A stretch of 64,000 nucleotides of DNA from Octopus sinensis (GCF_006345805.1 NC_043000.1:57350001-57414000), one strand, 5' to 3'. Numbered from the stretch's first letter, positions 37,326 through 54,524 are shown. Notes: generated from the letters alone by a model not told the origin. Numbers and translations are program-made.

Positions 37326-37902
37326 TTGTTAGCAGCACTAATTTCTTTTTGTCATTGAGCATTGAGGTGGTTGTGAGGAGTGCTAAAAATAACAGCTAAA
37401 TAAGATTTTTTTCAACAAATCTTTTAAATTAAAGTTTATTTGTCAACATCTCGCTGAGAGATAACTGTTTTTTTTTCTCTTTTAAATTAACATAAACATT
37501 TATTTACATGAAAGAAAATTACCATAACAGGTGTTGTTTACAAATATTGGCAACACATGCTATTTTTCAGGATATTGACGACAAAATGTTCAGTCACACA
37601 CAAACTGACAGCTTCCAAATCCTGTTTCCTGATTGGGTGAAAATGATCAAACTATAAAACCTCTATAACTTTTTAAAAATATTTTTCTGGAAAAAATGAA
37701 ATAATTCCAACAATTCAGTTTGGGCAAGTGTATTATTCTGCTAAATTTTAAAATTTTTGGTAGTAAACTTTAATTTTTGGAGCCACTGGTAACCAAACAG
37801 AAAATATCTCTGATTTGGAATCTAAACAACAACAAAAGCAATAAGGACCAACAATTCGAATGGAACATGTCTGTCTGTCTATCTATTTGTCTGTCTGTCT
37901 AG

Positions 37903-39569
<1,667 letters not shown>

Positions 39570-39593
39570 TCTATCTGTCTGTCTATCTATCTG

Positions 39594-39683
<90 letters not shown>

Positions 39684-39954
39684 GTAAGCCTATAATAAAT
39701 ATATGTATATGGCTGAGTAGTAAGAAGTTTGCTTCCCAACCACGTGGTTCTAGTTTTAGTCCCACTGTGTGGAACCTTGGACAATTGTTTTCTACTATAA
39801 CCTTCGGCTGACCAAAGCCCTGTGAATGGATTTGGTAGACAGAAACTAAAAGAAGCCTGTCATATATATATATGTGTGTGTGTGTGTGCATCATTATCAT
39901 TATCATCATCATCGTTTAACATCCGTTTTCCATGCTAGCATGGGTTGGACCATG

Positions 39955-40098
<144 letters not shown>

Positions 40099-40250
40099 AA
40101 CAGACAGAGACTGATAGCATAAGTACCAGACTTTAAAAAATGTATTGGGGCTGATTTGTTCAACTAAAATTCTTCATGGCAGTGCGCCAGCATGGCCACA
40201 GCCTAAGACTGAAACGAGTAAAAGATAATGGCTAACCTATTATTTCTGTC

Positions 40251-40284
<34 letters not shown>

Positions 40285-40700
40285 TCTTTTAATTGTTTCT
40301 GTCATTTGACTACAGCCATGCTGGAAGATCGCCTTTAGCAGAACATATTGTCTGAAAGCCTAGTGCTTACTGTACCGGACTCTTTTACGTAATACATATG
40401 TATTACGTAAGTGGTAACAATGAAACCGAGTTTGTGACTAATCTTTACATTTTATATCTTTTTTTATCTTGCTCACTTATGTTCTGGCATTTGCTGAATT
40501 TTCTTGAGAACTATCTTTTCTTAGTGGTCAGACCATATGGGGTCTACATCTAGCATATTGGATATCCACTTAGTGGTCAGCCCTCTTATATGTATGTAAT
40601 ATAATTTTTCTGAATCTTCAGATATTTTCAATATGCTAGACCACTGGTTTTAAATTGCTATCAATCAAATTAATATTCAATTTTTCACCCATATTATATA

Positions 40701-40731
<31 letters not shown>

Positions 40732-42157
40732 CAAGATAAGGGCAGAAGAAAAATTCTAATGCCAAATATGCCGAAACAAAAAATTGTCGATAACCATTAA
40801 TACTTTATGCATCTCGAAATAAACCGATAGAAATCTCTAAAAAATTTGTTATCCTATATATATATATATATATATAAATATATATCAGGTTTCTTTCAGT
40901 TTCTTATTTCTTTATTGCCCACAAGGGGACAAACAAAGACAGACGAACGGATTAAGTCGATTATATCGACCCCAGTGCGTAACTGGTACTTAATTTATCG
41001 ACCCCGAAAGGATGAAAGGCAAAGTCGACCTCGTCGGAATTTGAACTCAGAACGTAACGGCAGACGAAATACAGCTACGCATTTCGCCTGGCGTGCTAAC
41101 GGTTCTACCAGCTCGCTGGTTTCTTTCAGTTTCTGCCAATCAAATCCACTCACAAGGCTTTGGTTGGCCTGAAGCTATAGTAGGAGAAAATTGCCTTAGG
41201 TGTGCCACACAGTGAGACTGAACACAGAACCATGTGGTTGAGAAGCAAACTTCTTAACCATACAACCATATCTACACAGACCCCTAAAATAATTGATGAA
41301 AACATAATATACGCTACCAGGTCATCTTTGATGGTAACTAATGTCTACATGTAACAGAAGTTATATCAAATGTACAAAACTCTACTGTATGTGTATTTAA
41401 CCCTTTGGCATTTAAACTTGCTATATCCAGCCAAAATATTCTACGTGTTTTATGTTCAAACTGGCCAAATCTGACCTCTCGCACCAACCCTACAATGTCA
41501 TTCTAAAAATTTACAGTCACCTCATCAAAAACCTCAAAGCTAGAAAATAAGGCAAGATTCATTCAAAACAATGTGAATAAATAAGCATTACTTTAGAGAG
41601 AATAATGTGAATGCCAAAAGCTCGTCTGGGGCATTTTTCCTTCAATACAACTGCTGATATCCATAATCAGCATCACCACTTTCTCTTCATTTCTAGGAGC
41701 TGAATATTCTTACCAAGAAGGTATGACAAGAAGAAAACATATCCCTTGCTTTCAACATCATTTTAACGACTAGCTGAATTAGCAACAAATTTGACTATTT
41801 TTCCAAAAATTGGAATAAACATTTGGAGTTATCTCCCTTGTTTGGAGGGATTTTTTCTTTCTTGGGTTTGAAAGAACCCAAAGAGTTTTGACTTCTAATT
41901 TTTAGAATAAATCACAGTTAATGAAAGTTTTTCAGCTCACTATATTACACATGTAAAACTCTAATATGTATATCTGTGCACACCTATCTATCTATCTGTC
42001 TGTCTATGTGACTGTCCATATATCTATATCTATATATGTATGTACACATACATACATATATCTATAAACACAACATACATGCATGGATCCATCCATCCAT
42101 ATATGCATGCATACATACATGCACACGCGCACACACACACACACACTCACTCACACA

Positions 42158-42195
<38 letters not shown>

Positions 42196-42685
42196 CAACA
42201 CTTCAAATTTTGTGACTCTGAGTTTCAACTCAAATATTTTAGAACAAAATATGAACATTAAACAGGTAACCATTAATAAAAATATTCAGATATCAAAAGA
42301 AAAAGGAAGCATTTCTGCAAATGTATGTGTAACAATAAATAAGAGATATTTGATTGTTTACATATGCAAAAACAAGATTAACTAAATATGAAATTAGAAA
42401 AAAAAAATAACAGAAAACTCATATTTTACCTGCAGGTGTTTTGGCCATTCACAAAATATTATTCATACTGCCATTCACAAAACATTATTCATACTGAAGT
42501 ACCACAAAATACCAAACTACTTTAATATTGATTTCACATTTTGACAGAAGGCTAGCAGTTTCAAGGGAGGGCGCAAATTGATTACATCAACCCCAGTGTT
42601 CGGCTGGTACTTATTCTATCAACCCTGAAAGGATGAAAGGCAAAGCTGGCCTTGACGAAATTTCAGCAAATTACTTTAATATTAA

Positions 42686-42896
42686 CCCTTAAACCAGCCA
42701 TATCTAGCCTAAATATTCTACATATTTTATATTCAAACTAGTACAATCTGGCCTCTCACATCTACCTTACAATGTCATTGTGAAAATAAACAATTACATC
42801 ATTGAAATCTTAATGTTATGAGATGAAGCATGATTAATTCAAAACAATTTGAGTAAGTATTATTACATTTAACTGAGTAATCTGAACACTAAAGGG
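42686..42896. mobile_element. piggyBac-type MITE (second family)
   Basis: TTAA|CCCTT...AAAGGG|TTAA; other copies at 41401-41620, 60862-61066 and 61751-61970. Confidence 0.8.
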
Positions 42897-44914
42897 TTAA
42901 AGTGAGAAAGCTAGTAATAGATTAATTATAGCGATAAAAAAATTACGTTTCAAAATGCTATCAGATCTTCCTTTTCATTTATAAATCATAATAAATAGTT
43001 TACAATATGATGCAGAAAAGAAAGATATGTAACAATATGGAAATAAAAACAAAAAAGTATGATAGTGTCAGAAAATTTTCATTGAAAATTTTCTATAGCA
43101 GATCCGTTTTTTGAAAAATAACAAAGGCAAATATATCTCTTTATGCAAACAATTGCAAATAATATCAATTCTTGAACTCAAGATGTCCATTCTGTGATAA
43201 TATTAATCACTCTTTGGTTGAGCAAAGATGACAACTCAGAGGTTATTTCTTCTGTTACTATGTTAGTTAGCAGGTGCAAGAATGGATTGAATTATATGAA
43301 AGTTACTAACACAAATTTCTTTTAATGTCAAAATATATATAAAAAGGCAAGTTACAATTTTCCCTCTTTTGATTGATTAATGAATGTCTATGGAAGTAGT
43401 GTCTTATTTTAAATCTATTTCCTGACACTTTCATAAAGGATTTTGATTGAAAGCCACCAATCAACATTGTCCTGACACTAAAGAACTGCTTAGTGAACAG
43501 TTACAAAAATTCAAAGAATTACAACTGTGCTTCATGCTGGCATTGTATTCATGGAATTGACAGAGTAAGAAAAATTTTGGCAATTAGAGTAAAAACCTTT
43601 AATAAAATTTCTATTTGGGATTCTATAGGATCTACAATCTCATGCAAAATAAAGTGAGACTGTCAAAACTCAACTTTATTCATACAAGCATTTAAACTAT
43701 AAATTAGATTAAACCAGAGAATTTTTTTTTTCTGTTTCTATATTTGAAAACAATAGGCATGGGTATATATTTTGTACTATCCAAAAATCCATTACAATTA
43801 AATGCTTTGTTACAAAATTGCGCAAGAAGCTATATCTGAAGATAAAAATTACACTTATCCACTTACTTTGGGTATCAACAACTGCACAGCTAACATACAT
43901 GTAGAAACATACACTCACACAAATATATATTAATAAGATAAAAGAAATCCATACATGTTAAATCGGAATCGAAATCAAATTCGATGACTGGCATCCATGC
44001 TAGTGGAGCACTAAGAGCACCATCTGAACGTGTTCATTGCCAGAGCGGCTAACTGGCGTTCGTGCCAGTGGCATGTAAAAAGCACCTTTCGAGCGTGATC
44101 GTTACCAGCGTCACCTTACTGGCACAAGTGCCAGTATGCAGGTGACATGTAAAAAAAAAACACGATTTTCCGTGACTGTTGCCAGTACTGACTGACTGGC
44201 CCTCGTGCTGGTGGCACGTAAAAGCACCCACTACACTCTTGGAGTGGTTGGTGTTAGGAAGGGCATCCAGTTGTAGAAACTCTGCCAAATCAAGATTGGA
44301 ACCTGGTGCAGCCATCTGGTTTGCCAGTCCTCAGTCAAATCATCCAACACATGCTAGCATGGAAAGTGGACGTTAAACGATGATGATGATGATGATGATT
44401 CATAAATACAAGCATATAAACACCATAAAGCATGTGCTAAGTACACACATATACACACACCTATATACCAACTACTCTTCATACTTCCTCCTTCCTTGTC
44501 ATTTAAGTCACGGAAGATAACACAAACACACACACATATACTAGTCAACAAGACAATCCTAAAGCTCCTATAAAACACACACATACCAACACACATATGC
44601 ACACATTTATGCATTAACAACACATACATTTATATATTCATTAGTCAAGAATACAATCCCATAGCCCCTAATCAACATACATAAATCATCACACATACAC
44701 ATTAATACAATACAGTATCCAAATATACCCTGAAATTCACTCCAAAGCGCATTACAATCATAAATCATATACACTCACACAATATATACATATAATGAGA
44801 ATCTCAGAGGACATACGCCACAATTGGCACTGATTGCAGATCGAATGACACACATTATCCAAATCCCCAAACACACATCTTATCAACATTTATAAACACA
44901 CAAACACTCATATG

Positions 44915-44948
<34 letters not shown>

Positions 44949-45789
44949 AGCAGATACAGAGACATACATACACACAGTAAAATAATCCAGCATGTTCATT
45001 GATATAAATGTCTTTAATAATTTACAATAAACAGGAGCAATGCAAATGTGTGGTACCAACAAGGCTCAGCTATCCACTGCAACTGAAATATATTCACATG
45101 CATACATTATATGCCCTTGACATGACTACCATTGATGATGTACAACCATAGCTATTCTAGGATTGCTGACATGGATTGAGCTCATCCATAAGGCTGATTA
45201 CTAATACATACATACATACATACATACATGCATACAAGATACCCGTGCCGGTGGCACGGTAAAAGCACCGTCCGAATGTGGCAGATGCCAGCGCCACCTG
45301 ACTGACGTCCGTGTCGGTGACATGTAAAAGTACCAACCAATCATGGCTGTTTTCCAGCTTCCTCTGGCCCCTGTGCCGGTGGCATGTAAAAAGCATCCAC
45401 TACACTCACAGAGTGGTTGGCGTTAGGAAGGGCATCCAGCTGTAGAAACACTGCCAGATCAGACTGGAGCCTGGTGCAGCCTCCTAGATTCCCAAACCCC
45501 GGTCGAACCGTCCAACCCATGCTAGCATGGAAAACGGACGTTAAACAATGATGATAATGATAATGACGATACATACATACATATAACAAACATACTGTAA
45601 CATACATGTATATATGTATATACATCTGTATGTATATACTGTTATATTATGCTAATTGTCCTCTACAGGACAATACATACATACATACATACATACATAC
45701 ATACATACATACATACATACATACATACATACATACATACATGTATATATGTAAATACATTTGTATGTATACACTGTTATATTATGCTA

Positions 45790-46030
45790 ATTGTTCTCTA
45801 CAGGGCAGAAGTTTGGCTAATGTACAGAATAATAGAAAAGAGGATAAATGCCTTTGAGATGTGGATCTTTCACAGTTTAGGTACAATAAAATGGAAAGTT
45901 AGGGTGACGAATGTTGCAGTACTATAAAAGCTGAAAGTCCAAATACACCTATTGTCAAGAATCAAGTCCACAAAGCTATCCTGTTGTGGACATACAATGT
46001 GCCATGTGTCATTGGCCAATGAGGATTGAC
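45790..46030 (+). mobile_element. RTE LINE RT C-terminal fragment
   Basis: AEVW..EKRINAFEMWIF...W..RVTN..VL...KLSCCGH, typical of the RTE post-RT region. Confidence 0.75.
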
Positions 46031-46203
46031 TAAACACCAACAACAATACAGTTAAGAAGGAGAATATAAATACCAACAACATCTCCATCACTACCACTAC
46101 CAACCCACCAACTTTTGAGTAATCAACCAGCAACAACAATAATAGCATCAGCATGATAACAGTATTTGTAGGTACATATATTGCATGTCAGCATGTCAAC
46201 ACA

Positions 46204-46248
<45 letters not shown>

Positions 46249-46529
46249 GACAGTGGGGAAGAGAGAGTGGAATATAGAGTTTTTATGACTCAGGTAAGAG
46301 GTGCAAGTGGCAAAGTGCCCACGAACCTGGTAATCCTTCAACTAGCTTTAATTATACAGTACATCCTCTTACCTCACTCCTTCACAAGTTTGTTTTTTCA
46401 TTTCTATTCTTACAGCCATAGGAACAAGACAAGAGATTTTTTGCTTTTGCCAAAGAATTCTTCCTTGTGCTATTTTGTTACTACATATTTGTTGTGAATA
46501 ACTACTATTGGATAGACCTACCATCCAAG

Positions 46530-48010
46530 ATGTCTGAAAACAAGTCAAGAGCAACTGAAAGCAGTGGTGTAAAAGGGAACTGCAAAGAGATCACACTGGT
46601 TATTAAACTTGGATGTTCAAAAGGCTTAATATGGGAATAAAAACCAGCCACATCACAAAAGCATTAAATCTTGCAATAGAGATAAAAATTAAGGCAGTTG
46701 CTCAAGAAGTTACTCTGTTAATTATTCAGATCTTATTGTCTCATAGACCTAATGTGGTGCTTATAATGGAACTGCTCTTGAATGTATGGATCTTGGATCA
46801 GACTCAAAGTAATGCAATGATAAGCTTGATGGTAATTATATATTTAAAAAAAAACCCCAATAGATGATTTACAGACAATGGTACATGAAACTTCTAATGA
46901 AAATCCTTTACTGGCTAGTAAAGGTTGGTTTTAAAGTGACTGCTGAAGCTGCCAGTACTGGATACAGAGGCAGTTACAAACTAATTATCCTGAGCAGGTG
47001 AAAAACTGATTGTTAAGTGGGATTACACACTAGAGCAAGTATACAATATTGATAAAACTGCACTTTCATAAATGCTCTTACCTATTAAAACTTTTATTTC
47101 TTAAGAAGAAATATTAACAGGATTTGAAGCTTTCTAAAACTCATCTGATGCTTCTTCTGGGGGGAAACATCATTAGAGATATGAAATTGAAATCGTTACT
47201 CATGCATCACTCTGAAAATCTAAGGGCTTTTAAGAATTATACAAAGTTTAATTTGCGTCTGATTTGGTGTTCAAATAAGAAGGTATAGATGATGAAGAGC
47301 ATTTTTCAAAGAGTGGTTTACAAACATTGTGTTGTTCTGCTGTAGCAAGGCAAAGTACCAGACATAATATCTCCAACAAAGCATCACTCATTTTAGACAA
47401 TGCAACAAACCACCTGATAAAGGTAAATGTGAGTCAAATATCTCCTCAAGAGTATAACTTCTTTGCTCAAACCCATGGATCAAGGTGTGATGGCTAATTT
47501 CAAGGTATATTATCTGAGAAAAACTTACAAACAACTTATAAAAGCAATTGACAGGATGGATAAACCTACAGTTAGAGCCTTCAGGAAGAATTTCAACATA
47601 ATGGATGCTGTGGATAATATAGCTGAGTCATGTGATGAAAGTGAAACCCTCATTTTTGAATAGTGCTTGGAAAAGCATGTAACCAGACGCTGTCCATGAC
47701 TTTACAAGTTTTCCACAAACAAAGTACCTACAACAAATTCAAAAAGATGTGACACTTGCAAATGATATAGATGATGTGATTGAGTTGCTAGTGTTCCATA
47801 GAGAAAGTTTATCTAACAAGGAGCTGAAGCTGTTAGAACAAGAACAAGCTGTTAATACAGATGAGAATACAAAAATTCCCCTGACACCACTTAAATCGAT
47901 TGCAAAGAATATTACTAAATGGTTAGTACTTATAGAGGAAGATCTGCAGATTTTTGCTGCTAACAACCAAAATAATGAATGTAACATAAAAATTACAATA
48001 GGAGTTTATG
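46530..48010 (+). mobile_element. pogo/Tigger-like transposase relic
   Basis: ASKGWF, MLLLGGN, HHSENLRA, WCSNKK, DNA..H, KPMDQGVMANFKVYYLRK motifs of the DDE_1 family; many stops. Confidence 0.85.
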
Positions 48011-49256
48011 ATGGGCTCAGTTCCTACACTCATTATCATCATTTAACATCCGTGCTTCATGGGTTGGATGCACTATACACGGCAAACAATTTTAGATGTT
48101 CTTCATCCCTCAAGTTCCGGTCGATGATGTTGAACAACAAGAAAGAAGTATCCCTCATCCTCCAAGTAACTAACATTCCACCACCATCCCTCACACAGTA
48201 ATCAATGTCTTTTGTGCTAAGAATGTAACCTATTATGATATTACATTTCTTATCTATTCCCTAACATACTTCTCTTCAAATGTCTTTATATGTACATATT
48301 CTACTATTGATGCTTAGACATTGTTATTTTCATGCATAAAAGTGGTTGTGTTGTATTTTTTTTTAATTGTTATAGTTTTTGTCATTTCCAAAATATTCAG
48401 CTGGAAAGTATTCTCACTTCATAATGAGAAAGTCAATGGAAAAAATTATTTTGTGTCATGAGATTTCAAATTACAAGATTTTCAGGAATGAATTATTCCT
48501 GTGACACAGGGGATTCCTGTTCATTCATTCATTCATACATACATGCATACATACATATATACATACACACACATACATATACTCAAATACATGTATATAT
48601 ATATATATTTATATATACATACACACATACATATATACTTATATACATACCTACACACACACACTCACACAGCACATACACACACATACTCACATACATA
48701 TCTACACACATACACACACAGTTGCATGTATATTCATATATAATGTATATATGAATTTTTATATCTAGGTATAATTTTTTATATCAAGGCATATATCATC
48801 ATTGTTATTATTTTATGTTTGCTTTCCATACTGGCGTGGGGTAAACAACTTGGCAGGATCCAACAGGTTAGTATATTGGCAGAAATGTTAGCATGCCAGA
48901 CAAAACGCTTAGTGGTATTTCGTCTGTCTTTACATTCTGAGTTCAAATTCTGCCAAGGTCAACTTTTCCTTTCATCCTTTTGGGGTCGATAAATTAAGTA
49001 CCAGTTGTGTACTGGGGGTCAATCTAATTGACTGGCACACTCCCCCAACATTTCAGGCCTTGCACCTAGAGTAGAAAAGAATATCTCACTTTTGGAGTTG
49101 TTTCAATGGTTAGATGCCCTTCATAATGTAAAGTATTTTGTAGAGTGTACTGGGTGCTTTTTACATGGCACCAGCACTGGGTAGGTTGCCTTGTAACTTG
49201 TAAGACTGTAGAATCTCTATGTTAGAGAGGAAGATTTGGAGTCAGCATGGTGACCA

Positions 49257-49613
49257 TTTTTTTCAAACTCCACCTGTCTAACACCCGTGGACATGTTTAC
49301 AAAGTCAGAAAACAGCACAGCTCCCGTGACTTTCGGAAACATTTTTTCACGCTAAGAGTTGCTGAAGTAAGGAACAAACTGTCGGCATCAGTTGTTAGTT
49401 GTTGGAGCACTGCATCCTTCAAAACTTCCATGCTTCCTGAGATTCGCCAACACTACACCTGATTTTCTCCCCTCCATACACACGCAAGCATGTATCTGAC
49501 TCATACACTGTTCACTTTCCAGACATTTGTACATTACTGCATTTGCTTTATACGCACTTTTGACAAGTTGTGGTGTACCTGAGCACTGTATACAATAATT
49601 TCATTATTATTAT
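49257..49613 (+). mobile_element. CR1-type LINE 3' end, heavily 5'-truncated
   Basis: Nearly identical to 58377-58728; NTRGHVYKVRK..RKHFFTLRV; (ATT)n tail. Confidence 0.9.
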
Positions 49614-49639
49614 AATTCAGGCAAGCTCCTAAAAAGCTA

Positions 49640-50640
49640 AAGTATGAGGGGAGAAGCAGGTTTTATTGTTGATAGTGGTTGTTGGTAGAGGCTGTTAGTG
49701 GAGAATGCAGTTTAATCTCTTGCATATTACATCTGATTCCTCTTATGCCTTGTTTGCATCAGATATAGTGTACATTTCTTCCCAGTTTTCTCTAGTCCTC
49801 TGCATTCAGTATCCATGTCCCACTACCATATAGCATCAAATTTCGTATGCAAATATCATCATTTAGTCAACTGTTTATCCTGAGAGAGAAAACTTTTGTT
49901 ACCAGCTGAGGTAAAAGCTCTCTGAACTTCTTCTAGACTGTTCTTTCTCTGGATACTTTCAGAACATCCTTCTCCATGCTCATTTGGTCACCTAGATGAC
50001 AAAAGCCATTAATTACTTACATGTGGTTTTGGTGCTCACTGCTCTGGTACATCTGCCACATATAAAATCTACATTGTTAGTTAACCTTCCAGTGATTCCA
50101 CTGCACCACTTGTGTATCTGTAATTATCACTGAGTGCATCATATGGAATTCCTGCTAACACCTTTCCCACATGTCAAGCAAGGCCATTTCCTTGATGGAA
50201 ATAGAATCCCATCTATCTTCTTATAAATATTTTAGTCTTGCTAAGTTAACTTTGAGCTACTACAATTCTAGATTTTGCTTCCATACCTGGAATTTATTCA
50301 CTAATCTTGTAAGAGTATGGTTATCTTGTAAGAGTATGGTTATCCACGTGGATCTGGCCTTGAACTGCTCTGTTATGACCTGTTATGAGTATCATTAATA
50401 AAAGGAGGATGACAACAGAGGCCTAGTGGATCCTTACCTGCACATTGAAATTATTGCTATATTCATTGCTCTCATTTTGCTGACCATACTTCTGTAAGTG
50501 TCTTATATGGGTCTTGCAAGCCATTTGTCTCCTAATTTTCTCAGCAACCACCAGATCAGAACAAGGGACTCTGTTGAAGGCTTTCACCAGGTTTCTCCAG
50601 GTACAGCAGCTAACGTCTTGCTTACTGCAGTGGTTTCACT
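49640..50640 (-). mobile_element. RTE LINE reverse transcriptase relic
   Basis: Minus strand: LVKAFNRVP, NEYSNNFNVQV, WKQNLE, KVNLAKTK, KWPCLTCGKGV, CSGITGRLT..F.CGRCT. Confidence 0.85.
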
Positions 50641-50783
50641 AGAAAAATGGCATCAATAGTACTTCTTCACAACGCAAAACTTGATAACATTCTTTGGGGC
50701 TAACCTGCTTATGACCTGGTTCAACAACTTGATACTTGTGCAACTACGTGTGCGTGCGTGCGCGCGCGCGCGTGTGCGTGGGT

Positions 50784-50826
<43 letters not shown>

Positions 50827-51748
50827 GGCGCCAAGATACAGATATACAGAGAAGCCCTCTGCTCCAATCACAGTGTGATGTATACATACACACAAATTTA
50901 TGACGATTGCCTAATCTTGTCACATGATAACCGTCTCATGTTCAGCCTGCTTGTTTTGATTTACTTTCATCCTTGCATTTGTGCAGATTTTTTTTATCAA
51001 GCATCCCTCGCCTGTAGGACTTCATAAAATACAAAACGGATCAAGAAATGAAATGATGGTGAGACATCTGTACGTCATTAAATTTAAGTGACAAAAGCCT
51101 GTACAACACTTTTGCTATTCTCGGTTGCCATAGTAGGTTCCAGTGACATGCATTGCAAGATGACTGGTACTATTTTGACTGCACGTTATCTTTCTCCCAG
51201 AAGATCTGCTTTTCCCACGGCTTTGTCAAAAACAACGGTTGCCTCCTCTACTCCTGGGAAACGTATTTAACCCATAGATGGGACCCTGATAGATACTACC
51301 GCTCCAGGTCAGAACGGACCTGGGAGTAATGGTAATTTAGGGGTGATCCATATCCCTAACAAATTCAGAACCCCCGAACTGGAGCCTCACTAGATATACA
51401 CACACGTATATATATAAACGTACATATATACATAGGTATATTGAATCTGAATTTGGAGCCAAATTCCCATCAAATCCAATGTTAAAACAGTGGATTTGTG
51501 TGAAAAGAGAAGAGTATATTGGATAATTCAGATTCGGGCACACGATCCTTGAATAATAAGAAAATTAAAAAAAAAACGTGATCAAGGTTTGAGCGCTTTC
51601 AATCATCGGTCTAATAGGAATACGACTTAAAAAAACAACTTAATACGTCTCTTCTTTTAGCTTTCTTCTTTCTTTATCTTTCCACCCTTTTGAATTTTAA
51701 GTTCGTGTTTATTTTGCATTCATTACAAATTCTGGAATTATATATATA

Positions 51749-51980
51749 CTGTTGTGTCTGGGCAGAGTCATTTTCTTTTTGTGTCTTATAATGTAACACA
51801 CTCACCGGTAAAATTTCCACTTATTTCTTATTTTAAAAAATAAGAAATAAGTGGAAATTTTACCGGTGAGTGTGTTGCATTATAAGGCACAAAAAAAAAA
51901 AATGACTCTCCCCAGACACGACAGAATATGCTTCAACACACGAACTCATATAAAGAATCTTGCAAACCAAATCCCAAAAC
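51749..51980. mobile_element. Fold-back Penelope-like repeat (86-88-bp arms, 2-nt spacer, extra tail)
   Basis: 51749-51834 is the reverse complement of 51837-51924; the tail AATATGCTTCAACACACGAACTC...GCAAACCAAAT is shared with 31740-31790. Confidence 0.85.
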
Positions 51981-52346
51981 GAAATATATATATATATATA
52001 TATATGTATTACAGTTTCTTCGCTTCTTCTATAATAAAATATAATAAAATATAATACATTTGTTGTCGTTTTTATGGTTAAACATTAGATATTCCTTAAA
52101 CACAACTCGATGACCATACAAACCATGCGCATACTCAAGCGATCACACGCATACAAACACGCATTGACATGAAGTCATACGTACTATTACTACATAAATT
52201 AGATGAGTATGCGAGCTTGAAGGTTATTTCTCTTACTTCCATAACAACAAACTTTATATTCTGAAAAATGATCCTTCAGGTAATAATTACTTGGGGGACA
52301 GACAGACCATGGTTATAATATATATGTATATATATATATATAATAT

Positions 52347-52402
<56 letters not shown>

Positions 52403-52663
52403 ATATGTATACACACATATATACATATGCATGTATACATGTATGTATGTATGTATGCATGTATGTACGTCCCCGTAACTTAGCGGTTCGGCAAAAAAAA
52501 ACGATAGAATAAGTATAAGAACCCGGCTTTAAAAAATATAAGTACTGGGGTCGATTCATTTAACTAAAAATTCAAGGCGATGCTCCAGCATGGCCACAAT
52601 CAAATGACTGAAACGTGAAAAAAATAAAAGATATGCATGCATGTTTGCATACATACATACATT

Positions 52664-52750
<87 letters not shown>

Positions 52751-54397
52751 TGCATACACACATGTATATACAGATGCATACACACATATATACATATATA
52801 TATACATGCATACACACATACATATATACATGCATACACTTGCACGCGCGCGATTAGAATGTGACGAGAAACTCGGAGTAATGATTTATGAAGAGTGAGA
52901 TAAAAAGACATTTAGAAAAGGGATTTTGCATTCAACAAGTTATATTAATCTTTTTCAGTCTTGAATCTCTCTCTCTCTCTCTCTCCACTCCCTCTCTCTT
53001 TCTACATACATACATACATACATACATACATACATACATACATACATACATACATACATACATACATACATACATGCACACATACATACATATATACATA
53101 CTTACATACATAAAATATGCTTTTGCGTTATCATGAGTGATGAAAAGTACGTTTATCACATAGTGCAACTTCTTTATTAAAACTGAGTTATCAACACTGT
53201 TGCTACTTGGGGTTTCGCGTCATACCATTGCTGTTGTTTACGAGTCCTACGGAATTTTATAAAACGAATTAAATGTACTTTATTATCTGGTATGTATATG
53301 TATTTATGCATAAATATAAATAATTGGCATCAAAAAGCTGAGTAGCTGGTGTCCCCAGCATCACTGAATGTCATTCTATTCATTTGCGTTAAGTGCCAAT
53401 ATCTGGTTGATCGTTCTCGCACTAGAACGTGTGAGATCGGCGGATATTTCGACTTAAATAGGTGCGTAGGTTGATTGTGATTCCGAGCTTTGAAGGTAAT
53501 TAAATAGGATAGAAGAAAGCGTTATTGACTAGGAGAGAAGAAGAGAGACGAGAGAGATAACAGAGAGTGGGGGAGAGAGAAAATAATAAATAAATCGATA
53601 GATCGATTACGTAAGGGATTGATTAACTAATTCTCTTGTTACCTAACTATAATCTTGTTTACGTTTATCCTTTAAATAATATAAAAAGAAAGACAATACG
53701 ACTCAACGAAAAACCGACTGCGTGGTCAGTGGCGCGACTGTTATAAATACAAGCATACAAAAAAAAAGTGAAATGGCCATGCCTAGAACGCCTTCAGTCG
53801 AAGCTGACCTTGGAACAAACAAATAAAAATATGAGAATTTTCTCTTCAAATGTTCTGTATCTTGTGACACGGGGCTCCACAGTTAACATGGAATAATATG
53901 TACCCCGTCCATTCCTATCTACTATACACAACGAAAAACAACAGCAACAAATTGAAACAATTTCGCAAGTTTAAGAAACACGCTCAGCATTAGCCAACCC
54001 CAAATCTCACGTTATCATCATAATCGTCATTGTCAAACTATAGCAGTTATCATCATCAGCTTTTTTTTTCCAGTCGTATCGATGACACAAATTATTGTAG
54101 GATAAGAACCACGACGACAACGATGATGATATTCATGATGATGGTGGTGGTGGTGGTGGTGATACCGAGAGTACCAATAACGGGCAACATCGACAATGAA
54201 ATCAACATGAAATAACTAATAATAAGAAAACTAAACATTAAAAAAAACTACATTAATAGCGATGAAGATAATAACAGTAATAACAACAACGCCCGCAACA
54301 TCAACAGTTTAATTATATATTAACACTGATAAAATGAATGTAAAAGAAACTTGTTAAAAGATGACAAGAAAGCCTATGCATGCAAAACATACCTTAC

Positions 54398-54464
54398 GCG
54401 TGTGTCTATGTGTCTGTGTGTATGTGTATGCGTGTGCGCGCGCGCTGATAAATAGATAGATAGT

Positions 54465-54524
<60 letters not shown>

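Noticed and set aside
40590-40800. CUGAAGA on the minus strand near 40616 and GAAAC..GUC on the plus strand near 40773
   Set aside because: The first has no stem II; the second has no complementary stem I or intact CUGANGA.
45625-45805. Duplicated branch point and acceptor-like GCTAATTGT(C/T)CTCTACAG
   Set aside because: It leads into an RTE fragment; a local microsatellite-associated duplication explains it.
50430-50640. Apparent minus-strand coding exon ending in CAG|GTAAGG
   Set aside because: The translation is RTE reverse transcriptase (KAFNRVP...) and continues past the supposed donor.
51585-51620. Minus-strand CCGAUGA followed by a UUGA/UCAA hairpin
   Set aside because: No GAAA after the stem and no stem I pairing.
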